Assembly (NCBI RefSeq): GCF_006345805.1
Contig: NC_043013.1
Span: 52,886,001-52,950,000, forward strand
Source: Octopus sinensis
Lineage: Eukaryota
Reading direction: 5' to 3'
DNA: 64,000 nt
The notes below the pieces were generated by a model. The model had not been told where the DNA came from. It worked only from the letters and a program-made list of their open reading frames with translations, and ran no database searches. The position numbers were made by a program, and so were the translations under genes. This document shows, piece after piece, positions 12,911-24,992 of the stretch. The stretch's first letter is position 1, and each line of letters starts with the position of its first letter.

Positions 12911-13920
12911 GATATAAAAAGAGAGATAAGTGGTCTCACAGACGGACAAATAGACAAAGTGGCAGGAAGATGGACAATGACAAACAGAATAATTAAGATA
13001 GAGCATAGTGTTTCTCATATCAAATGCGCATAGCTATATAAAGTGTTAAAGAGCCATTTATTTCATACTCTACAAGAAAGAAAAACAAGCTCATCTTTTT
13101 CCGATATTCATTGTAACATTCGTTTATTTAGTCCATTGTATCAGAGGAAAAAAGTTCTTAATATAGTGAGTTAGCTTGTATGAGTCTATAAAGAACATTG
13201 CACTCCAAATTTGACGACAAGATTTCAGCTCATATTACCTCAAATATCAGTTATTCTTATCTGATCGACACGTTAATAGGCACTTGTGAGGTTATAAGTG
13301 AACAGAATGGTCTGTTCCTGGTTATATCGGTTACACGGCGAATGCCTCACCATCAACGTTTAGTATTAAGCCAAGCTATCAATTCTTGCGTAACAAATCT
13401 TCGCTTCGTGTCAACAGATGACACTTGGAATTCGTACGAATTCATATTGATAAATATACGTGGGGATGTGCTGTAACATTATCTGTGTGTGTTTGTGTGT
13501 GTGTGTGTTTGTATATGCTTTTGTCTGTGTGTTTGTGTGTATGAGTACATCAGTGTTTTGTCTGTTTGTATGTGTGTAAAGTTTTTTTTTTCTTTTTGCG
13601 TAGTTTTTACAGTTTGCCGTTTTTGTCTTTTTACTGATAGAGAGAGAGAGAGAGAGTCATTATTGGAATCAGAGAAATGAGAAAGAGAGGAAACAATGGA
13701 ATAAGAGAAAAGAGAGAAATATATGAGGGAGAAAGAAGAGACAGAGACAGACAGAGAAAGAGAGACAGAGAGGGGGGAAGGAGAGCATTAAAATGTGGGA
13801 GGATACTGGGTAAAAGTAAAAAAAAATATTTGTTATGAAGGAAAGATAAAAAGAAATTGAAATAGAAAGATAGACATCACACTCCCCCCCTCTCTCTCTC
13901 TATATATATATAATGTATAT

Positions 13921-13952
<32 letters not shown>

Positions 13953-14111
13953 ATGTATATATAATATATATATATATGCATATATATGCACATATATATA
14001 TATATATATATATATATGCATATATACATGTATCCATACATACAAACATACATACAGGCGCACACATATATTTATATATGTATGCATGCAGGTAACTATG
14101 TGTGAATGTAG

Positions 14112-14144
<33 letters not shown>

Positions 14145-15010
14145 CAGAGAAGAGAGAGAGAGAGAGAGAGAGAATGAGAAAGAGATAGATTCGTTTACAA
14201 TTCCTCCTTCTCTCCGCCCCCACTCGTTTATTTTACTGCTGCATCTTCTTTTTTTCTATTTGTGATTGTCTATTTAAAAGTCACTGTGATTTACTCCATG
14301 AATATATTTAGTAAAATTGATGTTAACAATATATTTGTTGGTGAATTTCTTTCACAATGTCTATGAAAATTGACGTAACTACTTGCTCTCAGTTCATAAT
14401 TGTTATTATTTCCTCCTTAGACAGAATTAAAACATAATAAACTAAACTACATTATCTCATTTATGTTATAATCAACTTTTTAGTATATGTAGCTTAATGT
14501 ATAATTATTGATAAAGAAAATATAAGCTATGTTTAACGTTTATTTTGAGACAACGATGGAATAATGTAGGGAAAAAAAATCTATTTTTCCACTGTTTAAA
14601 AATTTGGGAAAACTAAACTCATTCAAGTATCTGTTGTATGTTTTAAAGGAACATTCATAAATCAAATGTCGAGATCATTCTTTTACAGGAATTGTACCTT
14701 GATGTTCTTTTATTTCAATTAATATTATATCATAGAATGAGATTATTTCCCACTTAGCCATTTCTGGTAAAAAATAACATCGTTCTAAATAAAAATGTGT
14801 CGAAGCATTTTCATTTAGGTTTGAGACCCAAAAGGAACCCAGCGCTTCAATGTCTATAATTGGGTTGAGGAGTTTTCGTATATTGAATAATTTGATTTAG
14901 TATATTGAATAATTTTGTTGTCTACTTTCGATTACTGATTTATTTCTACCAAAAGATTTCAGCAAAATGATTCTTTGTTGGTCAAAGAAATTATAGACAC
15001 CTTCGATGCC

Positions 15011-15045
<35 letters not shown>

Positions 15046-15070
15046 GGAGAGAGATTGATAGATAGATATA

Positions 15071-15281
15071 CGTGAGAGGGGTCACGAAAATTTCTTGGCT
15101 TTACAGGAATCACGACAGGCCTGGTTGGAGGCCTAATCTTCCGAATTCTTTCAAAAGTTATAGAAAAAATGAAGGACCGCTTCAATAAGTGTGTAAATCT
15201 GAGAGGGGAATGAATATGCAATTAACAGATCGTCCTGTATTTTCTTTGACCCAAAGCCAGGGAAATTTCAGCACCCCCTCG
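15071..15281 (+). mobile_element. Non-autonomous mariner deletion derivative
   Basis: TIRs cg(tg)agaggggtcacgaaaatttcttggcttt and aaagccagggaaatttcagcaccccctcg, TA on both sides. Internal IEKMKDRFNKCVNLRGE resembles the mariner transposase C-terminus. Confidence 0.82.
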
Positions 15282-15332
15282 TATGTAAAACTATATTGTC
15301 GTTCCTACTTACTTAATGTACGAAAAAGTTAA

Positions 15333-15423
15333 TTTCAGATAATAAAACTAAACTAAATTCAGGAAGTTACCATTACATAAATGATAAGACTTCGAAGGAG
15401 GACTGCCTTTTACGCAACGAAAT
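15333..15423 (+). repeat. 91-bp dispersed direct repeat, copy 1
   Basis: Ungapped match to 17300-17390 with a few substitutions. Confidence 0.92.
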
Positions 15424-15707
15424 TTGTTTATGTTGTTAACTACGGGGTATGGTTTTTCTATTTAGGACAGAAGGAGTTAAAAACACTGAATACCTCAAAC
15501 GAAGGGAGACGAATCGCCCAGTAGATTGGCGAGAACAATGTACACCAATGTTTCGGCGTTATATCAGTTTTTCAGTGATGTATACAGAAGTCATCTCGAA
15601 ACGAATCGCTGATCAGAGGTGTATATGCAGACAGAGCAAAATCTAACTGCTGATGTGCCATATCGTATATATATATGTACACACACACACACACGCACAC
15701 ACACACG

Positions 15708-15744
<37 letters not shown>

Positions 15745-15745
15745 G

Positions 15746-16130
15746 GGCGCAAGCGTGATGTGTGGTAAGAACCACATGGTTCCGGGTTCAGTTATACTAC
15801 GTAGCACCTCCAATAAGTGTATTCTACTAGAGCTTCGGGCCGACAAAAGCCTTCTGAGTGGATTTGGTAGACGGAAACAGAAAGAAGCCCGTCATATATA
15901 TACATATATGTACATGTTTGTGTGTCAGTGTTTGTCCCCTCAGCATCGCTTGACAACCGATGCTGGTGTGTTTACGTCCCTCTATCTTAGCAATTTGGCA
16001 AAAGATACCGATAGAATAAGTACTAGGCTTACAAACAATAAGTCCTGGAGTCGATTTGTTCGACTAAAGGTGATGCTCCAGCATGGCCGCATTCAAATTA
16101 CTGAAACAAATAAAAGAAAAAATTAAAAGA
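15746..16130 (+). mobile_element. SINE family A, full-length
   Basis: Head, microsatellite linker and tail all alignable to 11388-11794. Confidence 0.9.
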
Positions 16131-16159
16131 ATATATATATATACACACACATACATATA

Positions 16160-16345
16160 TTACTTACTAGTTTCAGTCAATGAACTGCGGTCATGCTGGA
16201 GCACTGCTTTAAAGTCTTTCGTCCAACAAGTCTGACCCAGTACTTGATACTTTATTTATTCTATCGGTTTTTCTTGTCGAAACGCTAGTTCAAGGAGACA
16301 TAAACAAACGCTAATCGTCGAGAGTTGCTTGGGAATAAAGACGAA
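16160..16345 (-). mobile_element. SINE family A tail, inverted
   Basis: Reverse complement of the A tail (tttcagtcaatgaactgcggtcatgctggagcactgc). Confidence 0.8.
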
Positions 16346-16454
16346 GGTACGCGCGCACCCACACGCCTACGCACACACCTTACTAATCACTGCATCAGTG
16401 CTTTTCCTTTCTGACTAGTTTGTTGAATGCTATCGGGATGTGAAGGGAAATTTG

Positions 16455-16790
16455 GAAGCTCTTGAACTGGGCAAAACCACCTCAGAAACTCATGAAACGG
16501 TCCAGGCTGCTTACGGATTAACTTTTTCGCTGGCACAAGAGGGATCAAAACCAGCAGAGAGACTGTAAGAAGCTTGGGAGGGAGAAGGAGAGCGTCAGAT
16601 TGTCAGAGTTGGTTGAAAAAAATCGCAGTTATCATGATGAAGTCCGTCGTATCTCCATAAAGACAACAATAACCGTACAATCTGAAGTCAATGTGGTATT
16701 TTTACACGGAATTATAAATGAGGATCTGAAAATGCACAAGATTTGTGCGACTTTCGTTACCAGGACACACAGTGATAAACATCCGGGTAA
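16455..16790 (+). pseudogene. Degenerate mariner transposase N-terminal (HTH) fragment
   Basis: LGKTTSETHETVQAAYG, FRWHKR, DEVRRISIKT, HGIINEDLKMHKICATFVTR resemble mariner WVPH/EL-upstream motifs; frameshifted. Confidence 0.7.
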
Positions 16791-16962
16791 CCAACTGCTT
16801 GACAGAGATGGGCATGAAATCTGTCCCTCAACGTCCCTAAAGTCCATAGGATCCTGCTTTCTAGGAGACTGGAATTTTGTACTTATTTGAAATCAATAAC
16901 CATCTCCCTTGAAACGTCTTGCAACTTATAGCATGCATCTCGTGTGTGTGTATATATAAATG

Positions 16963-17041
<79 letters not shown>

Positions 17042-17299
17042 CATCAATTCAAATAAACAGTTCAAATAAACGAATAAAAAGGGACAACATCGGAACGTGC
17101 ATAAGAAATGTATTGGCGTGACACTCGGTGAAAAGAACACATATAAACGCACATACAGGTGAGAGGGAGAGAGAGAGATTCAGACAGACAGACAGACAGA
17201 GACAGAGCGAGAGAGAAAGAGAGACAGAGAGAGAGTGATATTAACGAAGCAAGTGATAGTAGAAGTATGTAGCTCATATGCTGTCTTTGAAAATGTTAT

Positions 17300-17390
17300 T
17301 TTCAGATCATAAAACTAAACTAAATTAAGGAAGTTACCATTACATAAATGCTAAGACTTTGAAGGAGGACTGCCTTTTACGTAACGAAAT
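17300..17390 (+). repeat. 91-bp dispersed direct repeat, copy 2
   Basis: Matches 15333-15423. Confidence 0.92.
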
Positions 17391-18623
17391 CCGAATTCTA
17401 TGGAAAAGCATCTTATTTCTCAAAATGGCGGATATGTAGATATTTATGGTATGGATGTTACAAGATAATTTTATATTTCAGTATTGCTACCGGAGAAACC
17501 TCCATTAGTCTTACTCTTCACTACTGTAACTACAGTGTGTGAATAAAGAATATCGTGATTGATACAGACAAGTCGGAGGAAATTTCATTCGATAGATATA
17601 CTCCTATCGTGGGAAAAGATCAAAATTAATCTTGTAACTGTCGATATCAATTATATCAACAACGCTGAAATAAAATAAAGAGTGTATTATAGGAAGGGAC
17701 AGCTTTCTATGTATGCTTATTTCATGTTCAAGAAACCTAATACAATCACTCAAATCAGAAAAGCACATCTAATTTGAAGTTTAAAATGTGTCCCCTTCTC
17801 ACTGTTAATTTATCATTTATCGTCTGTCCACAGAATTTTGTAGTCTGCTATATAACCTTTTGCCAATGTGAGAAACTCTTGTTATTGGTGGAAATATTTA
17901 GGATTATTAAAGTTGATTTTAATCTGATTAGGATTAAAATTATGTTTATCATTTCATTTATAGTAATGTTTCTTAACGACAACGTTCGAGTTTAACGTCT
18001 CCATTGATCAACACTGACACGAAAAGGTATTATATACCTTGATTTCAAATAGATGTACAATCTTTTATTTTTGATCTTTTTTTGGTTTAGTCATTGTACT
18101 ACGGTCATGCTGTAGCAACTCCTATCAGTATAAGAAAAGAGAGGAAGAAGTGTCGTTTACACACCGCCATAGTTAATGGTGTAAACGAGTCTAAATGTAA
18201 GGATTTTAGGGTTATTTTCATTACTGTTAAGGTAGACAAGATTTCCCGGGGTTACGATGTTACTATCATTTCGGTGAAGTTGGAGGCCAGAAAAGCGGTT
18301 CAGAGGGCCCGAAATTAGAGTTTTGCCTATTACAAGCAAAACCTTCAATTCATATCGCCCTCCCCATCATCAGTATTACTCCATTTTTAACAAATCCTTG
18401 ATTAAAATTTTTTATTCCACAACATCTAATTGGGGATCGATAATCACTGTTTTAATTATGGCAAACTCAAAGTTTCACAGTTGATTATTTACATCTTTTT
18501 GAGAAGCCTCATTCTTTAAAACTCAGAAGTCAAAATCATTCTGTTTGATATGTATTTGTCTAAACCTGTATATTGTGAGTGTATGTGTGCATGTGCATGC
18601 CTGCTTTGTGCGCATGAAGGTGT

Positions 18624-18673
<50 letters not shown>

Positions 18674-18787
18674 ATATTTCGGAATGGTCATTTTGCCAGT
18701 TTAGCCAATAAAAACACACGCAGTATATATTTGGTGTTACTTTGCTTCAGTGTTATTTATTTTTTACAGTAATCTTAATCTTATTTC

Positions 18788-18832
18788 GGCCAGAGTTCTT
18801 TCGTCACACTCCTGTGAACGCATCAGTGGTCC
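18788..18832 (-). ncRNA. Degenerate minimal hammerhead motif in a PLE-like end (18670-18860) next to (TA)n
   Basis: Minus strand reads GGACCA-CTGATGC-GT(T)CACA GGAG TGTGAC-GAAAG AA CTC^TGGCC. Core has A9C; stems I and II pair with single bulges. Confidence 0.6.
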
Positions 18833-19012
18833 TTTGTTTTCTTCTTTCTTATTTGTGTGTTTCACCTTACTAACCGTCAGCCATTTTGTATTTCTATTGT
18901 ATGTCTTCATTTGCGCATGCGTATATCTCTATGTGCGTCTATGTTTATTTAATGTGTGTGTGGGGGGATGCCTGTAATATTTGTATCTTCTGTTTATATA
19001 TAAACGTACTAT

Positions 19013-19059
<47 letters not shown>

Positions 19060-19060
19060 C

Positions 19061-19097
<37 letters not shown>

Positions 19098-20032
19098 CAT
19101 GTATGTATGAATATTCATGCATACATATGTACACATGCACACACACATACTCATATATACATAGATATATTAATAAAAAGGCAGAGGAGAATATCCCGGT
19201 GTGTTTCGATCGCAGGAGCACTCATCAGCTAAGCATAGTGGAACCACTATTAACAGCGTTTCCCTAACTGTAGGCAACAAGTATAACATTTAAGTAAATG
19301 AAACTGAACCTTCGCCTGTCTCGTTGCCCTTGTATCAATCTCACTCCATTCCTAACTGCACGAATATCTCAGAAAACAACCGAAATAATCTTATTTTGTA
19401 AAATTGTTTAACTGTTTTCCTTGTCAGACATCAATGAATAAATAATATTTCTTATTAAGAATTAGCAATTAACCTTTGAAACAATCTCAAGATGTATCAT
19501 CTCTTTCATCAAGCAGATGTTCTGGATTGTTTTCTGGAATTGTTTAATTTATGTTTTGTTTTTCGTGAGAAACAACGAATCTTGAAGCACTCTATGAACT
19601 TGTTATTAAGTTTATCTATTGAGATGCTAGAAAATGATAACCTTATTTAAGAAAGAGAGTTAGGAAAAATAATTTCATCTTTATATTGTCGGAAGAATTT
19701 AATCAACGTTTAACATATTTTTCTGTTACTGTTTTTCCACTTTTCACAAAACAAAGAATGTTTTGTTAACGCTGTCGACAGGTGTAATAGTTATATGAAG
19801 GGCATTATCATGGAATTCAATACCGCACAATGTGTTGGGTGTGTGTTTCTAACCTTTTATTGTTGGTACTGGGTAAACATCGCCTGCAAGCGAACGCATT
19901 AGAGAGCGTTATAAGATGGGAGATAATTCCCATAATATCCATTTCTAAGATTAAAGACGTAAAAATGTAAAACAGAAAGCAATTACCAATTATACGGAAC
20001 TTAATTGGCACATTATACTCATAATTATATAA

Positions 20033-20432
20033 AGGAGTGGCTGTGTGGTAAGTAGCTTGTTTACTAGCCACATGGTTCAGTCCCACTGCGTGGCACCTTG
20101 GGCAAGTGTCTTCTATTATAGCCTCGGGCCGGCCAAAGCCTTGTGAGTGGATTTGGTAGACGGAAACTGAAAGAAGCCTGTCGTATATGTATATATATGT
20201 GCGTGTTTGTGTTTGTGTTTGTGTGTCTGTGTTTGTCCCCCTAGCATTGCTTGACAACCGATGCTGGTGTGTTTACGTCTCCGTCACTTAGCGGTTCGGC
20301 AAAAGTGACCGATAGAATAAGTACTGCGCTTACAAAGAATATGTCCCAGGGTCGATTTGATCGACTAAAGGCGGTGCTCCAGCATGGCCGCAGTCAAATG
20401 ACTGAAACAAGTAAAAGAAAAAGAATAAAAGA
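20033..20432 (+). mobile_element. SINE family A, full-length (tandem copy 1)
   Basis: Head, linker and tail as in 11388. Confidence 0.92.
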
Positions 20433-20453
20433 ATATATATTTATATATATATA

Positions 20454-20852
20454 GGCGCAGGAGTGGCTATGTGGTAAGAAGCTTGCTTCCCAACCACATG
20501 GTTCCGGGTTCAGTCCCACTGCGTGGCACCTAGGGCAAGTGTCTTTTACTATAGCCTCTGGCCGACTACAGTGAGTGGATTTGGTACATGGAAACTGAAA
20601 GAAGCCCTTCATATATATGTCTATATGTATATGTGTGTAAATGTTCGTGTGTCTGTGTTTGTCCCTCCAACATTGCTTGACAACCGAAACTGATGTGTTT
20701 ACGTCCCCGTAACCTAACGGTTCGGCCAAAAAGACCGATACAACAAGTACTGGACTGACAAAGAATAAGTCCTGGGGTCGATTTGCTCGATTAAAGGTGG
20801 TGCTCCCGCATGACCGCAGTCAAATGACTGAAACAAGTAAAATAATAAAAGA
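20454..20852 (+). mobile_element. SINE family A, full-length (tandem copy 2)
   Basis: Begins ggcgcaggagtggctatgtggtaag; about 20 bp of (TA) separates it from the previous copy. Confidence 0.92.
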
Positions 20853-21917
20853 ATATATATATGCGCCCGTATGTGTGTGTAGTGTCGACCAAATGGGTGC
20901 TAATTTGAGGCGTCGAACAAGAAAACCCTCGGTCGTTTCAAATCATTGAGTTATGTTCTTTAACTAGACTTAACCAATGGACGCTTTAGCCTTGTGCTCT
21001 TAACATGAATATCATTTCAACATTATTTATGCCTTTGTCAAACTTAATTATTAATTAAAAGCCATTATTGTTGAAGTTATATCCTAGACATATACTTCAA
21101 TACTAATTTATCATTCGAACAGATGTGATATATTTAACAAAACGGCGGATCTTGGCTCGGAAGTTGGTTGACCTATGTAGAGAGAACGGTATGGCTTACA
21201 GAATAGAATGAACTTTATGGAAATAGAAAGAAGACGTCGAGTGAAAGAGGGAAGGAGAGACGGGGCGAAGAAAGAATAAGAATGAATGAAAAACAGGGGT
21301 GAGAACGAATTGTTCCATGTTTGAAACAATAACTTGTTTATTAACTAACGAAGCAGAATTCTTGTCATCAAGTCGAGATGGTCTCGGAATTAATCGGTGT
21401 CTGCGATCTTTGACACAACGAGACAATGTTTAATATACGTATATCCGCTTCAAGAAACATACATACATTCAATTATACGTGATAATTACGCCGAACAGAA
21501 TTTCAGTGTTGATCGCCGACTTGTGGAAACCAAATGAAATATTGTTTTTTGTCTATAATCTGTACGTTTGTTCTCGTATTTCTTCGAAATATAGAGTTGC
21601 GCAAGATACCTGCTGGACACGATTGCAATCGATGTTGTATGATGGAAACAAATAAAATTATATAACATATTAAATATGGTGGAACCAACTAGGAATTCTA
21701 GAAATAGCAAGATTATTATTTGAATTCTTAAATCTCATTTCCATCGATTCAAATAGATATTCATTATAAACACATATTCACATTTATGTAAACGATCACA
21801 CTCGTAAAGACAAAATTTACACGCACAGTCAAAGAGACATACACACATATACATATATGTAAATATATGTGTATGGTTTATATATAAATATATGTAAAAA
21901 TATGTAAGTACATATGC

Positions 21918-21948
<31 letters not shown>

Positions 21949-21970
21949 TAATATATATATATATATATAA

Positions 21971-22022
<52 letters not shown>

Positions 22023-22318
22023 TATATATACATACATATAGAATGGAGACGAAACAGATGGCGCTCTGTGTAGTCTATATCTTTAATTATTCCATCTTCT
22101 TCATGTATCTGCTCCTGTCACTTTGTCTCCCTCTTACTTCTCTCCCTTTCTGCCGTACAAATATACTTATACCTTCATATATATATATAAACCTATACAT
22201 ACATACGAATATAGATGTACATACAGATAGAGGTATGCAAATATATATGAGTATATAAATATGCACACACACATATACATACACACGTAGAGACACACAC
22301 ATACACACACATACTCAC

Positions 22319-22389
<71 letters not shown>

Positions 22390-22871
22390 TAGATCGATAG
22401 GTGATTAATTGTATGAATTTTAAACTTCATACTGTCTCTTGCGTAGATCGATTTAAATTAGATTCAACAATTAGACAAGTCAGCATAAATCAGAGAGAAA
22501 TGGTGACGCTACAGAAGAAGACAATATCGTGTGAAGGATCTCGTTCTATGACTTCTCACGGGAAATTTTCTTATAAACTCACTTTTCTGTTCATTGCTGC
22601 ACTGCAGATGTGTTGCGATGAAAAATGGCAATTTTATGGCAATCAGCCCATGTCTGACTTCTTCGTAAATGGCAACGGCCTTGGTGTAAATAGGAATTGA
22701 TAAAAACTTGTGAAAATCTGTTGTCCAAAATTTTGTGTAAGTAGCCAGTGATAACCCTGGTGGAACCTATTATATATATATATATATATATGCACATATA
22801 TATGCATTTAGATATATGCATATGTATATATATGTATATATATATGTATATGTATTTATGTATATATATAT

Positions 22872-24203
22872 ATTGTTTGGCATCCTTTCTGTCTCGGGAG
22901 ACAATGGAGTTGCGCATTTTTTTTTTTTTTCTAGGTCTAGTCTGGCTGTTATATTTTATTTCCTGTTACATTTCTTGCTGTGGCTGTGTAGTCCTATCCT
23001 GGACAAACACTCCCTCTGGCAGGTACTGCAAATGTAGCGAAGACTGTTCCTGGCTGGTTGTAGTGCCATGGTCTCTTGTTTATGTATCTTCCTTTCTTTC
23101 CATTTCTCCTCTCTCTTTCTGTCACTCCTCTGTATACCCTCTTTTACTGTACGTCGCCATTCTCCACGGTTGCCGGCGACTGCCTCCCAACCGCTAATGT
23201 TGATGTTGCAGGCCTTCATATCCCTTTTGCAAACATCATTGTAACGTAAGATCGGTCTACCCACAGACCTAGTACCCCCAGCAAGCTCTCCGTAGAGTAT
23301 GTCCTTGGGGATTCTGCCATCTTTCATACGGCTAACATGCCCAAGCCATCTCATACGTCTTTGTGTGAGGAGTGCAAACATGCTTGGTATTCCTGCTTGC
23401 CTGAGGACATCTTTGTTGGGGATATGATTCTGCCATTTGATGTGGAGGATTTTTCGGAGGCAGCGCAGGTGAAAGATGTTTAGGCGACGCTCTTGGCGTG
23501 TGTATAGCGTCCAGGTCTCGCTTCCATACAGTAGAGTGCTGAGTACACATGCCTGGTAGATCTTCATTTTTGTGGTCTTGGTCAGCTTATTGTTGTCCCA
23601 AGCCCGTTTGGAGAGTTGGGCCATCGCAGCAGCTGCCTTGCCAATGCGTATATTGAGCTCAGCGTCAAGTGATAGGTTGTAGGTGACGGTAGAGCCCAGA
23701 TAGGTAAACTTCTCCACCTCTTGTAATCTGTGGTCTCCAATATGTATATTTGGGATGTCCGATGTAGCCTGGCCCATGATGTTGGTCTTCTTAAGGCTGA
23801 TAGCTAAGCCAAAGTCGTTACATGCTTGCTCAAAACAGTTAATGAGCCTTTGGGGGGCTTCTTCTGTGTGTGTTACCAGAGCGGCATCATCAGCAAATAA
23901 CATCTCCTTGATCAGGACGTTTCTGATTTTGGTCTTGGCACGCAGGCGCGAGAGATTGAACAGTTTCCCGTCACTTCTACTGTGCAGAAACACTCCATCA
24001 TCTGATGTCTGAAAGGCATGTGACAGCAAGAGTGAGAAGAAGATGCCAAACAATGTAGGGGCGAGGACACAGCCTTGCTTTACCCCGTTTTTTATTTGGA
24101 AGGCGGCTGATGTTGAACCGTTGTGCTGTATGGTGCCTTGCATGTCATCATGGAAAGACTTGATGATCCTCAGCAGCTTTGGTGGACATCCGATTTTTTG
24201 TAG
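22872..24203 (-). mobile_element. RTE-clade LINE, 5'-truncated, young
   Basis: RT C-half ORF plus 3' UTR ending ctccattgtctcccgagacagaaaggatgccaaacaat, an RTE/BovB-like terminus; (TA)n at both ends. Confidence 0.95.
22956..24203 (-). CDS. RTE reverse transcriptase C-terminal fragment (about 415 aa open) with terminal Cys/His finger
   Basis: GVKQGCVLAPTLF, MLFADD, FTYLGS, LLYGSETW, RWLGHV, GRP..RY.D, CSTCQRECLSRIGLHSHSKKC. The first ~39 aa of the listed ORF are microsatellite-derived. Confidence 0.93.
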   Translation of the reverse strand, partial: LQKIGCPPKLLRIIKSFHDDMQGTIQHNGSTSAAFQIKNGVKQGCVLAPTLFGIFFSLLLSHAFQTSDDGVFLHSRSDGKLFNLSRLRAKTKIRNVLIKEMLFADDAALVTHTEEAPQRLINCFEQACNDFGLAISLKKTNIMGQATSDIPNIHIGDHRLQEVEKFTYLGSTVTYNLSLDAELNIRIGKAAAAMAQLSKRAWDNNKLTKTTKMKIYQACVLSTLLYGSETWTLYTRQERRLNIFHLRCLRKILHIKWQNHIPNKDVLRQAGIPSMFALLTQRRMRWLGHVSRMKDGRIPKDILYGELAGGTRSVGRPILRYNDVCKRDMKACNINISGWEAVAGNRGEWRRTVKEGIQRSDRKREEKWKERKIHKQETMALQPARNSLRYICSTCQRECLSRIGLHSHSKKCNRK

Positions 24204-24526
24204 ATATATATATATGTATATATATATATGTATATATACATACATACATAAATACATACATACATACATGCATACATGCATACATGCAGAAGTACACCTC
24301 TGTTTAACGGTCATTTTCATACCATTTTTTCGATACCAGTCTGTATAGTTTGAATATTTAGTTCACCTTGCACTTTACTGAAATACAGAAATCTACTTCC
24401 AAGCCTTTCAACATTTTTTCAACCAATATATCCCTCTTTATTTCTTCTCTACTTATTACTTCTTTACCCCTTCTCTTACTAGGTCTGCCTTTGAAGTAGG
24501 AACTACTAACGGCTTTTAAGAAAAAA

Positions 24527-24901
24527 TATTTAATAGCGTTCTGTTTATCATTTATGCAGTCATCAAAATTGTAATAATGTCTTGTAGTTGAGATAGGTTC
24601 TCTTTCTTTCCTGATGAGAAGATTGCATAATTTTACACCGTTTATTTCTTTGGAATAAAACCAATGTTGTCTTCGAAACATATGTCCAAAGTAAAAGAAT
24701 TTGAATATATATATATATATATATTCAAATTCTTTTACTTTGGACATATGTTTCGAAGACAACATTGGTTTTATTCCAAAGAAATAAACGGTGTAAAATT
24801 ATGCAATCTTCTCATCAGGAAGGAAGAGAACCTATCTCAACTACAAGATATTATTACAATTTTGATGACTGCATAAATGATAAACAAAACGCTATTAAAT
24901 A
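24527..24901. repeat. 375-bp near-perfect palindrome centred on (AT)n at 24714/24715
   Basis: Arms are reverse complements with only about three differences; ORFs 24358-24765(-) and 24664-24876(+) share the same N-terminal translation. Confidence 0.97.
24598..24699 (+). ncRNA. Hammerhead ribozyme motif with intact core (mirror copy on minus strand 24730-24830)
   Basis: CTGATGA 24611-17, stem II GAAGA/TCTTC, GAAAC 24675-79, palindromic AC-ATAT-GT loop III, GTC^ at 24686, stem I ctttc/caaag with a C-C mismatch next to the core. Confidence 0.75.
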
Positions 24902-24951
24902 ATATACATAATTCCTCATCACTTAAATATAAAACTGTAATATATATGTGC

Positions 24952-24992
<41 letters not shown>

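Noticed and set aside
19196-19232. CTGATGAG..GAAAC on the minus strand
   Set aside because: Stem II mismatched and no stem I or NUH site found.
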